Source: an uncultured delta proteobacterium
Lineage (GTDB): Bacteria > Desulfobacterota > RBG-13-43-22
DNA length: 64,000 bases
Direction: 5' to 3'
NCBI GenBank assembly: GCA_963743305.1
Contig: CAVUPH010000006.1
Span: forward strand, 32,001-96,000
The notes under the pieces are model-generated. The model was not told where the DNA came from. It ran no database searches and worked only from the letters and a program-made list of their open reading frames with translations. Shown one piece after another: positions 19,586 to 28,851 of this stretch; within the stretch, counting starts at the first letter, position 1; every line of letters starts with the position of its first letter. The position numbers and the translations under genes are program-made.

Positions 19586-20779
19586 ATGACCTCGTTTCGA
19601 CCAATCGCCGTTCTGGCCACCGGGATTTTTTTTATTTTTCTGACCTCCGGCGCCAAGACCGCCCAGCAGACTATTTCCCTTGAATATAAACCCAATGCCA
19701 AATTAGAGGCTTCGCCGGCTTCCGTCACCCCGTTGAGGATATTCTTTGGTACATTTAAAGATGAGAGGTCTGATCCGAGGCAGATCGGGGAAAACCTGGA
19801 AGACAAGGCGGAACGGGTGGTCATAACCACCGACGACCCGGCAGCGCCAAGTGAATTCATCGGAGCGTCCCTGGCCAGCGTATTCAGAAAAAAAGGATTC
19901 AAGGTGGTAGATCAGGCCGGAAGGGCCGACAAGATCGTCGACGGATCACTGCTTAAATTCTGGACGGTGGAGACCAGCCGCTATGTTACCAAGACCCAGA
20001 TCAAGATGGAAGTCCGGGATCCCTCCGGACGGGTCACCTTCAGCCGCCTGGTCACCGGAACCGGAAAAAATTTCGGGCGGAGTTTATCGGAGACCAATTA
20101 TAATGAAAGCTTCAGCGACTCCCTGGTCATGATCATCGAGACGCTCTTCGGGGACCAGGATTTTATCAAGGCCCTCAGTGAAAAGCCTGTTCAGGCTCAA
20201 CCGCCAGTCCCTGCACCCGCCGTGGCCAAAGAACTTCCAGGCACCGCGGCTAAAGCGCCGGTCAAATTGCCGGAACCGGTGGTTGAACGTCCCCCGCTGC
20301 CCGTGAAGCCGGAAAGCCTGCCCCCAACCGCAAGAGCTAGAGGACCCGAACGGCAGGCAGTCCCGGAACCGGCCAAAGTTCAAAGTCCCATGACCGCCAA
20401 AACTGAAACGGTCCCGCCCGAAACCAGACCGGTTAAAGTCGTCCCGCCGGAGCCGGAAAAGCCTCAACCGGAAATCATCGAGCACTGGGTATTCCCCGGT
20501 GAAACCATGGCCACTATTGCCAAATGGTACTCCGGCGATACGACCCGCTGGCCGGTAATCGCCCAACACAATCCGGAGTTGAGTCCCTTTAGACTCAAAG
20601 GAGGCGAGGTGGTGCGGGTGCCCCTCTCCCTGGCCACGGTGCATTCGGAACAACCGGAGCACTCCACGGCGGTCGGCCCGGCATCCAAGCCGGTCAAGAA
20701 AGTACCGAAAGTACCGCCGCCCCCCCCGGCGACCGAGGCAGCCCCGGCTCCGGCGATACCGGTTTTTGGTCCCAAGTAG
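19586..20779 (+). CDS. secreted YajG-like domain + LysM protein ending in FGPK
   Basis: Signal peptide, ~170 aa domain (DER...IGENLE...LLKFWTVET...GKNFGRSLSETNYNESFSDSL), Pro-rich linker and HWVFPGETMATIAKWY LysM. Confidence 0.78.
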   Translation: MTSFRPIAVLATGIFFIFLTSGAKTAQQTISLEYKPNAKLEASPASVTPLRIFFGTFKDERSDPRQIGENLEDKAERVVITTDDPAAPSEFIGASLASVFRKKGFKVVDQAGRADKIVDGSLLKFWTVETSRYVTKTQIKMEVRDPSGRVTFSRLVTGTGKNFGRSLSETNYNESFSDSLVMIIETLFGDQDFIKALSEKPVQAQPPVPAPAVAKELPGTAAKAPVKLPEPVVERPPLPVKPESLPPTARARGPERQAVPEPAKVQSPMTAKTETVPPETRPVKVVPPEPEKPQPEIIEHWVFPGETMATIAKWYSGDTTRWPVIAQHNPELSPFRLKGGEVVRVPLSLATVHSEQPEHSTAVGPASKPVKKVPKVPPPPPATEAAPAPAIPVFGPK

Positions 20780-20827
20780 TAGGTTTCGTATGAAAAGCCT
20801 AATCTAATCGAATGGAGAGGTCGAACC

Positions 20828-21852
20828 GTGAAAAAAGTAGGAATTATATTAGCGGTCTTATTGTTGGGGGCAGGATTCATCGAAGCCCGTGGATCCGAGC
20901 AGACCATCCAGGTGGAATACAAGCCCAATACCAAGGTAAAAAGTTCGCCGTCCTCGGTTTCTTCACAAAAAATTTTTTTTGACGAGTTCCGTGATCAGCG
21001 TTCCCAACCGCGCCTGCTGGGTGAAAACTTGGAAGACAGAGGGAACCGGGTCCTAGTGGTTTCTTCCGACCCTCAGGCGGCCGGAAACCTGGTTAAGTCC
21101 GCCCTGAATAAGGAATTTAGGAATAAAGGATTTTCCGTGGTCGGCAGCCCGGGGGCGGCTGAAAAAATCATTGGCGGATCCCTGGTAAAATTCTGGACGG
21201 TGGAAACCAACCGCTATAACACAGAGACCCTGTTAAGACTGGAAGTGCGCGACAAGAACGGTCGGGTTCTTTTCCAAAAAAATTATTCCGGCTCAGGAAA
21301 AAACTTCGGGCGCAGCCTGTCGGAAACCAACTATAATGAGAGTTTCAGCGATTCCCTGGTGATGATTACGGAAGCCCTTTTTTCCGACCATGAATTTCTC
21401 AAGGCCCTGGCCGAGAAACCAGCGGTGTTGCGGGCCGAAGAGAAAGCCCCTGCCGCTCCTCGGGCCGCGCCTTCTCCTGCTCCATCTCCCGCGTCTTCCC
21501 CCGCTCCGCTGACCCCGGCTATTTCTGAGCCCCCGCCCCGAAGGGAGACTACATTTTTCACAAAGTCTATGCCGGCGAAACCCTGGCTACCATTGCCAAG
21601 TGGTATTCAGGGAATGCCAACAACTGGAAGGTGCTGGCCAGCCACAACCTGGATAAGGAGCCTTTTAAATTGAAAGCCCAGGAAGTGGTCAGGATCCCGC
21701 TATCGCTGGCTTCGGTCAATAAGGAGCAGCCCGGTTTTTCAACGGCCTCCACCAAGGCCAGTGTACGCAAGGGCAAAAAAATACCCTCCTCCTCGCCGGC
21801 GGCGCCTGGGTCGACGCCGCCCATAACCGGACCGGCCTTTGGCCCCAAATAA
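20828..21852 (+). CDS. paralogous secreted YajG-like domain + LysM protein ending in FGPK (frameshift in the C runs at 21530-21539)
   Basis: The N-domain is strongly similar to the previous gene. Adding one C restores PKGDYIFHKVYAGETLATIAKWYSG...PAFGPK in frame with ORF 21631..21852. Confidence 0.78.
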
Positions 21853-21943
21853 AGGCGTTGCCGGTGCCTGGATGCAAGTTGTCAGTTGAAAAAACGGGAA
21901 GTCAGCCCTGTTATTCTCTGGTAAGAGGGTCACCGTTCGATGT

Positions 21944-22552
21944 TCATTTTGGCATGAAAAAGCCCCGCCCGACGAGATAAACCTCCGGGCTTTCCTGCCG
22001 GGAGCTGCGGGGTTTTTCGGTGTCGACCTGTCTAAAAAATTCTTTCATTCTGTTATGAAAGGCCAGGGAGTCTTCTCCCTGAAAAAGCTTCACTAAAAAC
22101 CCCCCACCAGGTTTCAGGAGCCAGGCGGCGATTTCCAGGGCCCTCTGGGCCAAATCCAAAGATCGTTGGTGGTCCAACCATTTGATGCCCGAGGTATGGG
22201 GAGCCAAATCGCTCAACACCAGGTCTACCTCATGGCTCCAATCCGGCAATTGTTCCCGGGACAGGGTCAGGACATCGGCCTCAAGAAAAGCAATCGGGGG
22301 TTCCAGGGGAATGATCGGGGGCTTTTGGTCGATCCCCAAAATCCTTCCCTGGGGCCCGACGATTTGGGAACAGTACCGAAGCCATGATCCGGGATGACAT
22401 CCCAGATCGACTACGCAAATTCCTGGACGGATCAAGCGGTAGCGTTGCTGAATCTCTTTCAGTTTGAACACGGAGCGGGCCGGAAAGCCCTCTTGTTTAG
22501 CTTTGCCCCGGTAGGAATCTTTAATCCCTGGGTGGGCCATAGAGACCTCCAT
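21944..22552 (-). CDS. rlmE: 23S rRNA Um2552 methyltransferase RlmE/FtsJ
   Basis: RSVFKL, DLGCHPGSW, VLSDLAP, VKLFQG and KPRSSRQESPEVY motifs. Confidence 0.93.
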   Translation of the reverse strand: MEVSMAHPGIKDSYRGKAKQEGFPARSVFKLKEIQQRYRLIRPGICVVDLGCHPGSWLRYCSQIVGPQGRILGIDQKPPIIPLEPPIAFLEADVLTLSREQLPDWSHEVDLVLSDLAPHTSGIKWLDHQRSLDLAQRALEIAAWLLKPGGGFLVKLFQGEDSLAFHNRMKEFFRQVDTEKPRSSRQESPEVYLVGRGFFMPK

Positions 22553-22642
22553 TCAAAATTCGAAGTCCGATGAAATGTAAGAATGGTAATGCTGGGGAAA
22601 GAAGGAGGGTGGTAGCGGTGAATCTGGAAAGGAAGGGGGAAT

Positions 22643-22825
22643 TTAGGATTTCTTCTTGCCCTCCCAATATTCCCGAAATTCAAAGGCGTAATTTTTGACC
22701 CAATCCCAGACCGCCTGATCACCCAGGTCATACCCGGCTTTTTCCGACTCAATCCATTTGTGCTTTAAGATTTCTTCCAGTTCCAGCCGCAGGATCTCAA
22801 CATTATTCATGGGTTCTTTCTCCAT
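22643..22825 (-). CDS. small DUF4032-like protein
   Basis: EEILKHKWIESEKAGYDLG..A..DW pattern. Confidence 0.7.
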   Translation of the reverse strand: MEKEPMNNVEILRLELEEILKHKWIESEKAGYDLGDQAVWDWVKNYAFEFREYWEGKKKS

Positions 22826-22834
22826 GGCCTGGCC

Positions 22835-23530
22835 TTAGAGCAGGTTGTTTTCCAAAAAACTGAAATGTTCTTCCCGACCGATAATCAAATGGTCATGGAT
22901 CTTAATCTGTAAATTTTGGGCCGCCTGGACCAGAATTCGGGTCAGTTCCTTGTCTTCCAGCGACGGGGTAACCGATCCGCTGGGATGATTGTGAACCATG
23001 ATCAACGCCGTGGCCTTGAGTTGAATAGCCCTTTCCAAAACCTTGCGCGGGTAGACGACGGTTTGGTCCACCGTTCCCTCCTGAAGCACTTCGTCCCGTA
23101 TCACCTGATTTCGGGTATTCAGATAGACCAACCGGAACTGCTCGTCTTTCAGCCAGCCCATTTTGGAATGGCAGTAATTCAATAAATCCCTGGGGGACGC
23201 GATAATATCGGCGGAATTCAGGAGTTTTTCCCCCAGATAACGATCCGAGGCTTCCTTGATCAGTTTAAACAAAAGAGCGGTATGGTCGGAAACCCCTTTG
23301 ATCTTTTTGATTTCTTCCGTCGGTGCTTCCAGGAGGCCCCGGAAGGAGCCAAAAGTATGCAGCAACTTCTTGGCTAAGGGTTTTACATCTTTCCGGGCCA
23401 GGGCGTAGGTCAAAATGACTTCCACCACCTCGTAGTCCTGGAATGAAACCAAACCCATCCCCGACAGGCGGTCTTTAAGCCTCTGGCGGTGATCCCAATA
23501 ATGGGGGGTGCCGTTTATTTCAGTAATAAT
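22835..23530 (-). CDS. radC: RadC/JAB-domain protein (UPF0758)
   Basis: GTVDQTVVYPR, VHNHPSG and HDHLII motifs. The conserved N-terminal PHYWDHRQRLKDR lies upstream of the first ATG, and the frame is open to an ATT at 23530. Confidence 0.88.
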   Translation of the reverse strand: MITEINGTPHYWDHRQRLKDRLSGMGLVSFQDYEVVEVILTYALARKDVKPLAKKLLHTFGSFRGLLEAPTEEIKKIKGVSDHTALLFKLIKEASDRYLGEKLLNSADIIASPRDLLNYCHSKMGWLKDEQFRLVYLNTRNQVIRDEVLQEGTVDQTVVYPRKVLERAIQLKATALIMVHNHPSGSVTPSLEDKELTRILVQAAQNLQIKIHDHLIIGREEHFSFLENNLL

Positions 23531-23702
23531 TTATGGTTCCTTATAGACAAAAGGAAATTATAAATCAATGAATTTTAACACAGGTGGAAGTAATTCTTCA
23601 ATTTATTTTAGAGGGAGGGATTCGGGGATTCACCCTTTCAATAGCGGATATATCAATCGATGGACGAGAGGTTTTCGAGAGGTTCTGATAATATCGGAAA
23701 GT

Positions 23703-23897
23703 TTAGGCCTTGTTCTCTTTATCGATCTCTTTAGGTTGGCTTGGAGGTTCCTTTTCATCTTCGCCGCTCACGCTGGTTTTAAATTCCCGGATGCTCTTTC
23801 CCAATCCCTTACCGATCTCGGGTAACTTTTTGGCCCCGAATATAAACAGGGCAATTCCTAAAATTATGATTAATTCCTGTGTCCCCAAACCAAACAT
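23703..23897 (-). CDS. tatA: twin-arginine translocase TatA/E
   Basis: MFGLGTQELIIIL...FGAKKLPEIGKGLGKSIREFK. Confidence 0.95.
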   Translation of the reverse strand: MFGLGTQELIIILGIALFIFGAKKLPEIGKGLGKSIREFKTSVSGEDEKEPPSQPKEIDKENKA

Positions 23898-23919
23898 AAC
23901 TGCTCCTTCATCTTAGAGA

Positions 23920-24096
23920 TTAATGCTCGGATTCCCGCAGGTTACGCCTGGTCTTCAAAGACACCACCACCAGGGTAACCCCGATCACCGTCAACACCAG
24001 GTAAGCCAAGCCTAAAAAAACAAAATGCCCCGCATCCCAGGGGACATCCCAGGGGAGTATGCTCCAGACACTATGAGTACTCAATGTTCCCGACAT
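23920..24096 (-). CDS. 58-aa single-TM membrane protein (below the ORF-track cutoff)
   Basis: GAGGAGG RBS; MSGTLSTHSVWSILPWDVPWDAGHFVFLGLAYLVLTVIGVTLVVVSLKTRRNLRESEH; co-oriented directly upstream of tatA. Confidence 0.7.
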   Translation of the reverse strand: MSGTLSTHSVWSILPWDVPWDAGHFVFLGLAYLVLTVIGVTLVVVSLKTRRNLRESEH

Positions 24097-24275
24097 AGTT
24101 GCCTCCTCAATAAACTCTTATGTTTTTTTAACAGAACTTATCGTCCTTGTCAACTTTTTCTTGACAGATGCACCGGGTTTGGTTATATGTTCATAATTTT
24201 TAAGTGGTTTTTCTAAATAAACGGTAACTGTTGGAAATTAAAAAATAAACTATTTGAAAGGAGGTGAAATATAGG

Positions 24276-24707
24276 ATGAAAAAAAGTTTAGCGGTGATGT
24301 CTATCCTCTTGGCCTTTGTTTTTTCCCTGAGCGTGATGGCTTGGGTCTATGCGGCTGACCAGAAGGTGCCCGATACCCTTAAGATCGATAACGACAAGGG
24401 CTTGTTTAAAGACGGCAAACGCACTAAGGCGGCCGTGGAATTCACCCACAAGAAACACGTCGAAATGCATAAGATCGCCTGCGCCGAGTGCCACCACGAC
24501 TACAAGGACGGGAAAAATATCTGGAAACAGGGAGACAAGGTCCAGAAGTGCAGCGAATGCCACAAGGTGGCCGCAGAGGGTAAGAAGTTGAATCTACAAC
24601 TGGCCTACCACAAAAATTGCCAGGACTGCCATAAGAAGCTGAAAGCCGAAGGCAAAAAGACCGGTCCCACCACGTGCGCGCAATGCCACCCGGTGGAAAA
24701 GAAGTAG
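24276..24707 (+). CDS. tetrahaem cytochrome c3 (class III)
   Basis: Signal peptide, VEFTHKKH, four CxxCH motifs (CAECH, CSECH, CQDCH, CAQCH) and an AAGGAGGTG RBS. Confidence 0.93.
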   Translation: MKKSLAVMSILLAFVFSLSVMAWVYAADQKVPDTLKIDNDKGLFKDGKRTKAAVEFTHKKHVEMHKIACAECHHDYKDGKNIWKQGDKVQKCSECHKVAAEGKKLNLQLAYHKNCQDCHKKLKAEGKKTGPTTCAQCHPVEKK

Positions 24708-24726
24708 GTATTTAAGTAGAGACATG

Positions 24727-24768
24727 CGAAAAAGGCCTGTGGATTTAGCCGTCCACAGGCCTTTTTCG
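24727..24768. terminator. bidirectional rho-independent terminator
   Basis: CGAAAAAGGCCTGTGGA...TCCACAGGCCTTTTTCG between the convergent cytochrome c3 and ferredoxin genes. Confidence 0.85.
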
Positions 24769-24776
24769 TTTGGAAA

Positions 24777-24962
24777 TCAGGCTTCCGTGATCGTAATGGC
24801 GGCCGGCTCGCATACCTCCAGACAGCTCTCGCAGCCCAAACATTCGTCGGCCCGCACCGGGACCGACCTCCCGTCCTGTAATTCGTAGACGTCTACCGGG
24901 CAAACCTCGATGCACTCCTCATCCCCTATGCACTTTTCTGGATCGACTGTTACTTTGAACAT
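24777..24962 (-). CDS. dicluster (7Fe-type) ferredoxin
   Basis: CIGDEECIEVCP and CLGCESCLEVC motifs in a 61-aa acidic protein. Confidence 0.92.
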   Translation of the reverse strand: MFKVTVDPEKCIGDEECIEVCPVDVYELQDGRSVPVRADECLGCESCLEVCEPAAITITEA

Positions 24963-25028
24963 ACCCGTTGACCCTCTTGTAATATTATTTTTGTCGAAAC
25001 GTTATATTAGGGAAGGGTCCCTGAGCTG

Positions 25029-25799
25029 TCAAGGTAAAAGGATTTGGCCAAGAGGTTTAATCGGGATGCCCGCTTCTCGCAAGGCCTCCCCAATCGTTTT
25101 GGCTAACATCCACGCCCCGGGGGTGTCCCCGTGAAGGCAGAGGGTATCGGCTTTCAGTTCGATCTCCGGCCCCTCAATAGTGATCACGGTCCCCCGGGTT
25201 ATCAACCGGACTGTCCGCTCCCTGACCTGCTCCACCTCCTGGATTACCGCTCCCGGCAGGTGGCGCGGGGCCAATCGACCATCCGCCAGGTAAGCCCGGT
25301 CGGGAAACACTTCCTGGGCTACTTTCAAACCCGTCGACCCGGCCATTTCCGCCAGGCGGGAACCGGACAGGGCCACCAGAATCAATTCGGGATCATAGGC
25401 CCTAACCGCCTCGATGATTTCCCGGGCTGTTTTTTCATCCCGGGCAGCCAGGTTGTACAAGGCCCCGTGCGGTTTGACATGCTGCAGTTTGATTTCATTC
25501 ACTCGACAAAAAGCGGCCAAGGCCCCCACTTGGTAGAGGATATAGCGCCTTACCTCTCCGGGGAAGGTCTCCAAAATACGCCGGCCATATCCTAAAAGAT
25601 CCGGGAAGCCTGGATGGGCACCCACGGCCACCCCGTGTTCCTTGGCCAATTGCACGGTCTGATCCATGACCGAGGGGTCGCCCGCATGATAGCCGCAGGC
25701 GATATTGACGGAGCTTATATAGGGGATAATCTTTTCATCCTCGCCGATTCGGTAGGAGCCAAAACTCTCTCCCATATCGCAATTTATATCGATACTCAT
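25029..25799 (-). CDS. pxpA: 5-oxoprolinase subunit A (LamB/YcsF)
   Basis: DINCDMGES, NIACGYHAGD, HVKPHGALYN and CLHGD motifs. Confidence 0.93.
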   Translation of the reverse strand: MSIDINCDMGESFGSYRIGEDEKIIPYISSVNIACGYHAGDPSVMDQTVQLAKEHGVAVGAHPGFPDLLGYGRRILETFPGEVRRYILYQVGALAAFCRVNEIKLQHVKPHGALYNLAARDEKTAREIIEAVRAYDPELILVALSGSRLAEMAGSTGLKVAQEVFPDRAYLADGRLAPRHLPGAVIQEVEQVRERTVRLITRGTVITIEGPEIELKADTLCLHGDTPGAWMLAKTIGEALREAGIPIKPLGQILLP

Positions 25800-25825
25800 C
25801 TGCTTCCCCCGATTACTAAAAAACG

Positions 25826-25970
25826 GAAGAATGGAATACTGGAATACGGTTGGTCAACCGCTGCCCCGGGTCAGGATGGCCCTCTAGTTATTTCACCTCT
25901 ATTGAGCCAAATCCTTCTCCCGGAATCTTAACCCATCATTCCATATTTCCATTATTCCACTATTCCATTA
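25826..25970. repeat. inverted arrays of TGGAATA/TATTCCA-type short repeats
   Basis: AATGGAATACTGGAATAC on the left and CATCATTCCATATTTCCATTATTCCACTATTCCATT on the right of an intergenic gap. Confidence 0.55.
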
Positions 25971-25995
25971 GTCCGTCTATTCTCTTATCGGCTGG

Positions 25996-26799
25996 TCAAA
26001 TCACCGCCAGGCTTTCATTGGGAACGTCGGTAATAAACATGTGCCCCGGGGCGTGGGTAATACAAAGATCCGCTTTGATGGACAGGGCGGCCAGGGAGGA
26101 GGTCACCCCGCAGGCCCAGAATACCGGAGTTTCCCCTTTATTAATGGTCACCGGGTCCCCGAAATCCGGACGGCTTAAGTCCCGGATCCCCAAAGCCCGG
26201 GGACTGCCGATATGGATCGGCGCCCCATGGACCGAGGCATAGCGAGAGGTGATCTGGACCGCCCTGGGGACCAGGGCCTCCGGGATAGGCCGCATGGTCA
26301 CCACCAAGGGGGCCTTAAATGGACCGGCCGGATCGCAGGAACGGTTGGTCACATACATGGAAACATTTTTATTTTCCTCGATATTGCGGACCGGTACCCC
26401 GGCTTGGACTAGAGCCTCCTCGAAACTGAAGCTGCACCCCAAGAGAAAAGTGACCAGGCCTTGATTAAACCAGGCGCGGATGTTCTTCACTTCCTGAACC
26501 AATTGCCCCTTTTTCCAAATCCGGTACAGAGGCAGGTCGGTAGTGATATCGGCCCCGGGTGCGGTCCTGATCGGTTCTTTTTCACCCGGCTCCATTACTT
26601 CCAGAACCGGGCAGGGTTTGGGATTCCTCTGGCAGAAGAGGAGGAAATCAAAGGCCACCCGTCGCTCCAGAATGACCATGTTGGCCTGGGCAAATCCCGA
26701 GGCCAGGCCGGAAGTGGGTTTGGCCCAGCGCCCTTTCCGGCATCGCTCTCGAATCGCCCGGGGAGGGAACGGGCCCGGGGGGAGGTTAGTCATACTCAT
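25996..26799 (-). CDS. putative hydro-lyase / D-glutamate cyclase family (YcsI, UPF0317)
   Basis: FCQRNPKPCPVL, LGCSFSFE, FWACGVT and HAPGHMFITD motifs. Confidence 0.9.
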   Translation of the reverse strand: MSMTNLPPGPFPPRAIRERCRKGRWAKPTSGLASGFAQANMVILERRVAFDFLLFCQRNPKPCPVLEVMEPGEKEPIRTAPGADITTDLPLYRIWKKGQLVQEVKNIRAWFNQGLVTFLLGCSFSFEEALVQAGVPVRNIEENKNVSMYVTNRSCDPAGPFKAPLVVTMRPIPEALVPRAVQITSRYASVHGAPIHIGSPRALGIRDLSRPDFGDPVTINKGETPVFWACGVTSSLAALSIKADLCITHAPGHMFITDVPNESLAVI

Positions 26800-26890
26800 G
26801 CTCCTAAATTAGACCAATAGTTTTTTTTCAAATGGCCAAAAGGCTACCTAGACCTTATAATAAATTCAAAAGAAATCAAGGTGATTCTTT

Positions 26891-28573
26891 ATGAAAATTG
26901 CGCTCATCTATCCCTATTTCCTGGTCGATCGGGTTCATTGGGAAGAAGTGACGGTTCCTCCGATCGGGTTGTATTATATTGGAGCCTTCCTGAAAGAGGC
27001 GGGGCAGGAGGTGGAAATCTGGAACTGGCACAATATCCGGAAATCCCCCGAAAAAATTCGGGAGCTTCTGGAGCTGGAAAGACCGGAGGTCATCGGTTTC
27101 TCCATTCTCCATGCCAATCGCTGGGGTGCCCTTGAGATCGCCCGCATCGCCAAGGAACTAAACCCCGAAGTGAAAATCGTCCTGGGTGGAATCGGGGCTA
27201 CTTTTCTTTGGGAGCACCTCCTGATCCATTTTAAGGAAATCGATTTTATCGTCCTGGGGGAGGGGGAAATCCCCTTGGGGAATCTGATCCGGCACCTCGA
27301 AAAAAAAGGGGCGGCCCACCCGGAGGAGGTGGCAGGAATCGCCTTCCGGAAGAGCGGCAGGCCGGTCCAAACCCGAGCCTCCGAGCCGATCCGGAACCTG
27401 GACCTGCTGCCGGACCCGGCGAAATATTTCACCTTCCAACATGTGGTTTCCAGTAGGGGTTGTGCCTGGGACTGCTCCTTTTGCGGCTCCCCAAAATTCT
27501 GGGGACGCCGGGTCCGGTTCCACTCTCCGGACTACTTTGTCTCTCAACTCGAACGCCTCCACCTGAAAGGAATCGATTTTTTCTATATCTCGGATGACAC
27601 TTTCACAGTGGACAAGGAGCGCCTCATCGCCGTCTGCCGGGGCATTATCGAGCGGCAACTGGTCCTGTCCTGGAATGCCATCTCCCGGGTGGACCGGGTG
27701 GACGAGGAAGTCCTCTACTGGATGCGAAAGGCCGGCTGCCTGCAGATCAGTTACGGGGTGGAGAGCGGCAGTGAAAGAATCCGACAGGCCCTTAACAAAA
27801 CGATTCGAACCGAAGACGTTAAAAGGGCCTTTTCACTGACCAGACGCTACGGCATCCTGGCCCGAGCCTATTTCATCTATGGCGCTCCGGGGGAGTCGGA
27901 GGACACCATCCGCGAGACCCTTGATCTAATCCGGGAAATCAAACCCTTGGGAGCGATCTTCTATCTTCTGGATCTATTCCCGGGGACCGCGCTTTATGAT
28001 CGACTAAGAAAGGAAACCCGGATCACCGATGAAATCTGGCTGAATCAGATCGAGGGAATCCTTTATTATGAAACCGACCCTCGGCTGACCGAAGAAAAAA
28101 TCCTGGAATTTGGCCGGAAGCTTCGGACGACGTTTCTCGAAAACGTTCATTCCTACGCTGGTGAAATTGAGCTCAGCGACCGAAAGGACCTCGACCCACA
28201 AAATGCCGATTTCCTCTCCCGCCTGGGCCTGACTTTCAGCCATGGTGATTTCGCCAAAAAGCAGCAGGTTCGGGAAAAGGCGGCCACAGCGGAGAAGCTC
28301 TTTTGGAAATCCCTCGGCTACGCGCCCGATCATCGCGCCTATTTAGGATTGGGAATGCTGAAACAAAAAGCCGGGGACTTCAGGGAGTCCAATCGCCTGT
28401 TAATCGAGGGGCTCCTTCATTACCCGGACAGCCAAGAACTGACCCTTTGTCTGGGTTTGAATTATCTCAATCTGGGGGATTTCGAAAAGGCCTTGGACTA
28501 CCTGGAGCGTTTCCCGGATTCGGATCAGGCCAATCGTTACGTGGCCCAATGTCGCCGGGCCTTGGGGAAATAG
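26891..28573 (+). CDS. cobalamin-binding radical SAM protein with C-terminal TPR
   Basis: PPIGL, GEGE, SSRGCAWDCSFC and GVESGS motifs; TPR-like tail. Confidence 0.9.
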   Translation: MKIALIYPYFLVDRVHWEEVTVPPIGLYYIGAFLKEAGQEVEIWNWHNIRKSPEKIRELLELERPEVIGFSILHANRWGALEIARIAKELNPEVKIVLGGIGATFLWEHLLIHFKEIDFIVLGEGEIPLGNLIRHLEKKGAAHPEEVAGIAFRKSGRPVQTRASEPIRNLDLLPDPAKYFTFQHVVSSRGCAWDCSFCGSPKFWGRRVRFHSPDYFVSQLERLHLKGIDFFYISDDTFTVDKERLIAVCRGIIERQLVLSWNAISRVDRVDEEVLYWMRKAGCLQISYGVESGSERIRQALNKTIRTEDVKRAFSLTRRYGILARAYFIYGAPGESEDTIRETLDLIREIKPLGAIFYLLDLFPGTALYDRLRKETRITDEIWLNQIEGILYYETDPRLTEEKILEFGRKLRTTFLENVHSYAGEIELSDRKDLDPQNADFLSRLGLTFSHGDFAKKQQVREKAATAEKLFWKSLGYAPDHRAYLGLGMLKQKAGDFRESNRLLIEGLLHYPDSQELTLCLGLNYLNLGDFEKALDYLERFPDSDQANRYVAQCRRALGK

Positions 28574-28851
28574 CTAAGGGCCTATTTGACGGACTTACCA
28601 AAATTCCGTCCATAGTCCGAGTGCGAATCAATCCCGGCCTTTTTCTTTTCCAATTGTTTGTCGGCTTTCTTTACAAATGGAGAAAATTCCTTCTCGACCT
28701 ATTTACTAATTGAATTTACAGCACTTTTTCTTACTTAAGGGGACAACAATTTCATTTTGCCACTTAAACCCGTCGGAATAGCTTACAACTATTTTTGGCA
28801 ACCATTTAGAATAGTAATGATAATATACGTATTTTAAAATAGTTATATTTT

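Noticed and set aside
22835-23530. radC/JAB as a marker of a mobile or defence element
   Set aside because: It is the full-length chromosomal form among housekeeping genes, with no E1/E2, CBASS or ICE genes adjacent.
25826-25970. Short TGGAATA/TATTCCA repeats as a possible CRISPR array
   Set aside because: Units are about 8 bp with no unique spacers and no cas genes nearby; this is a low-complexity inverted intergenic repeat.
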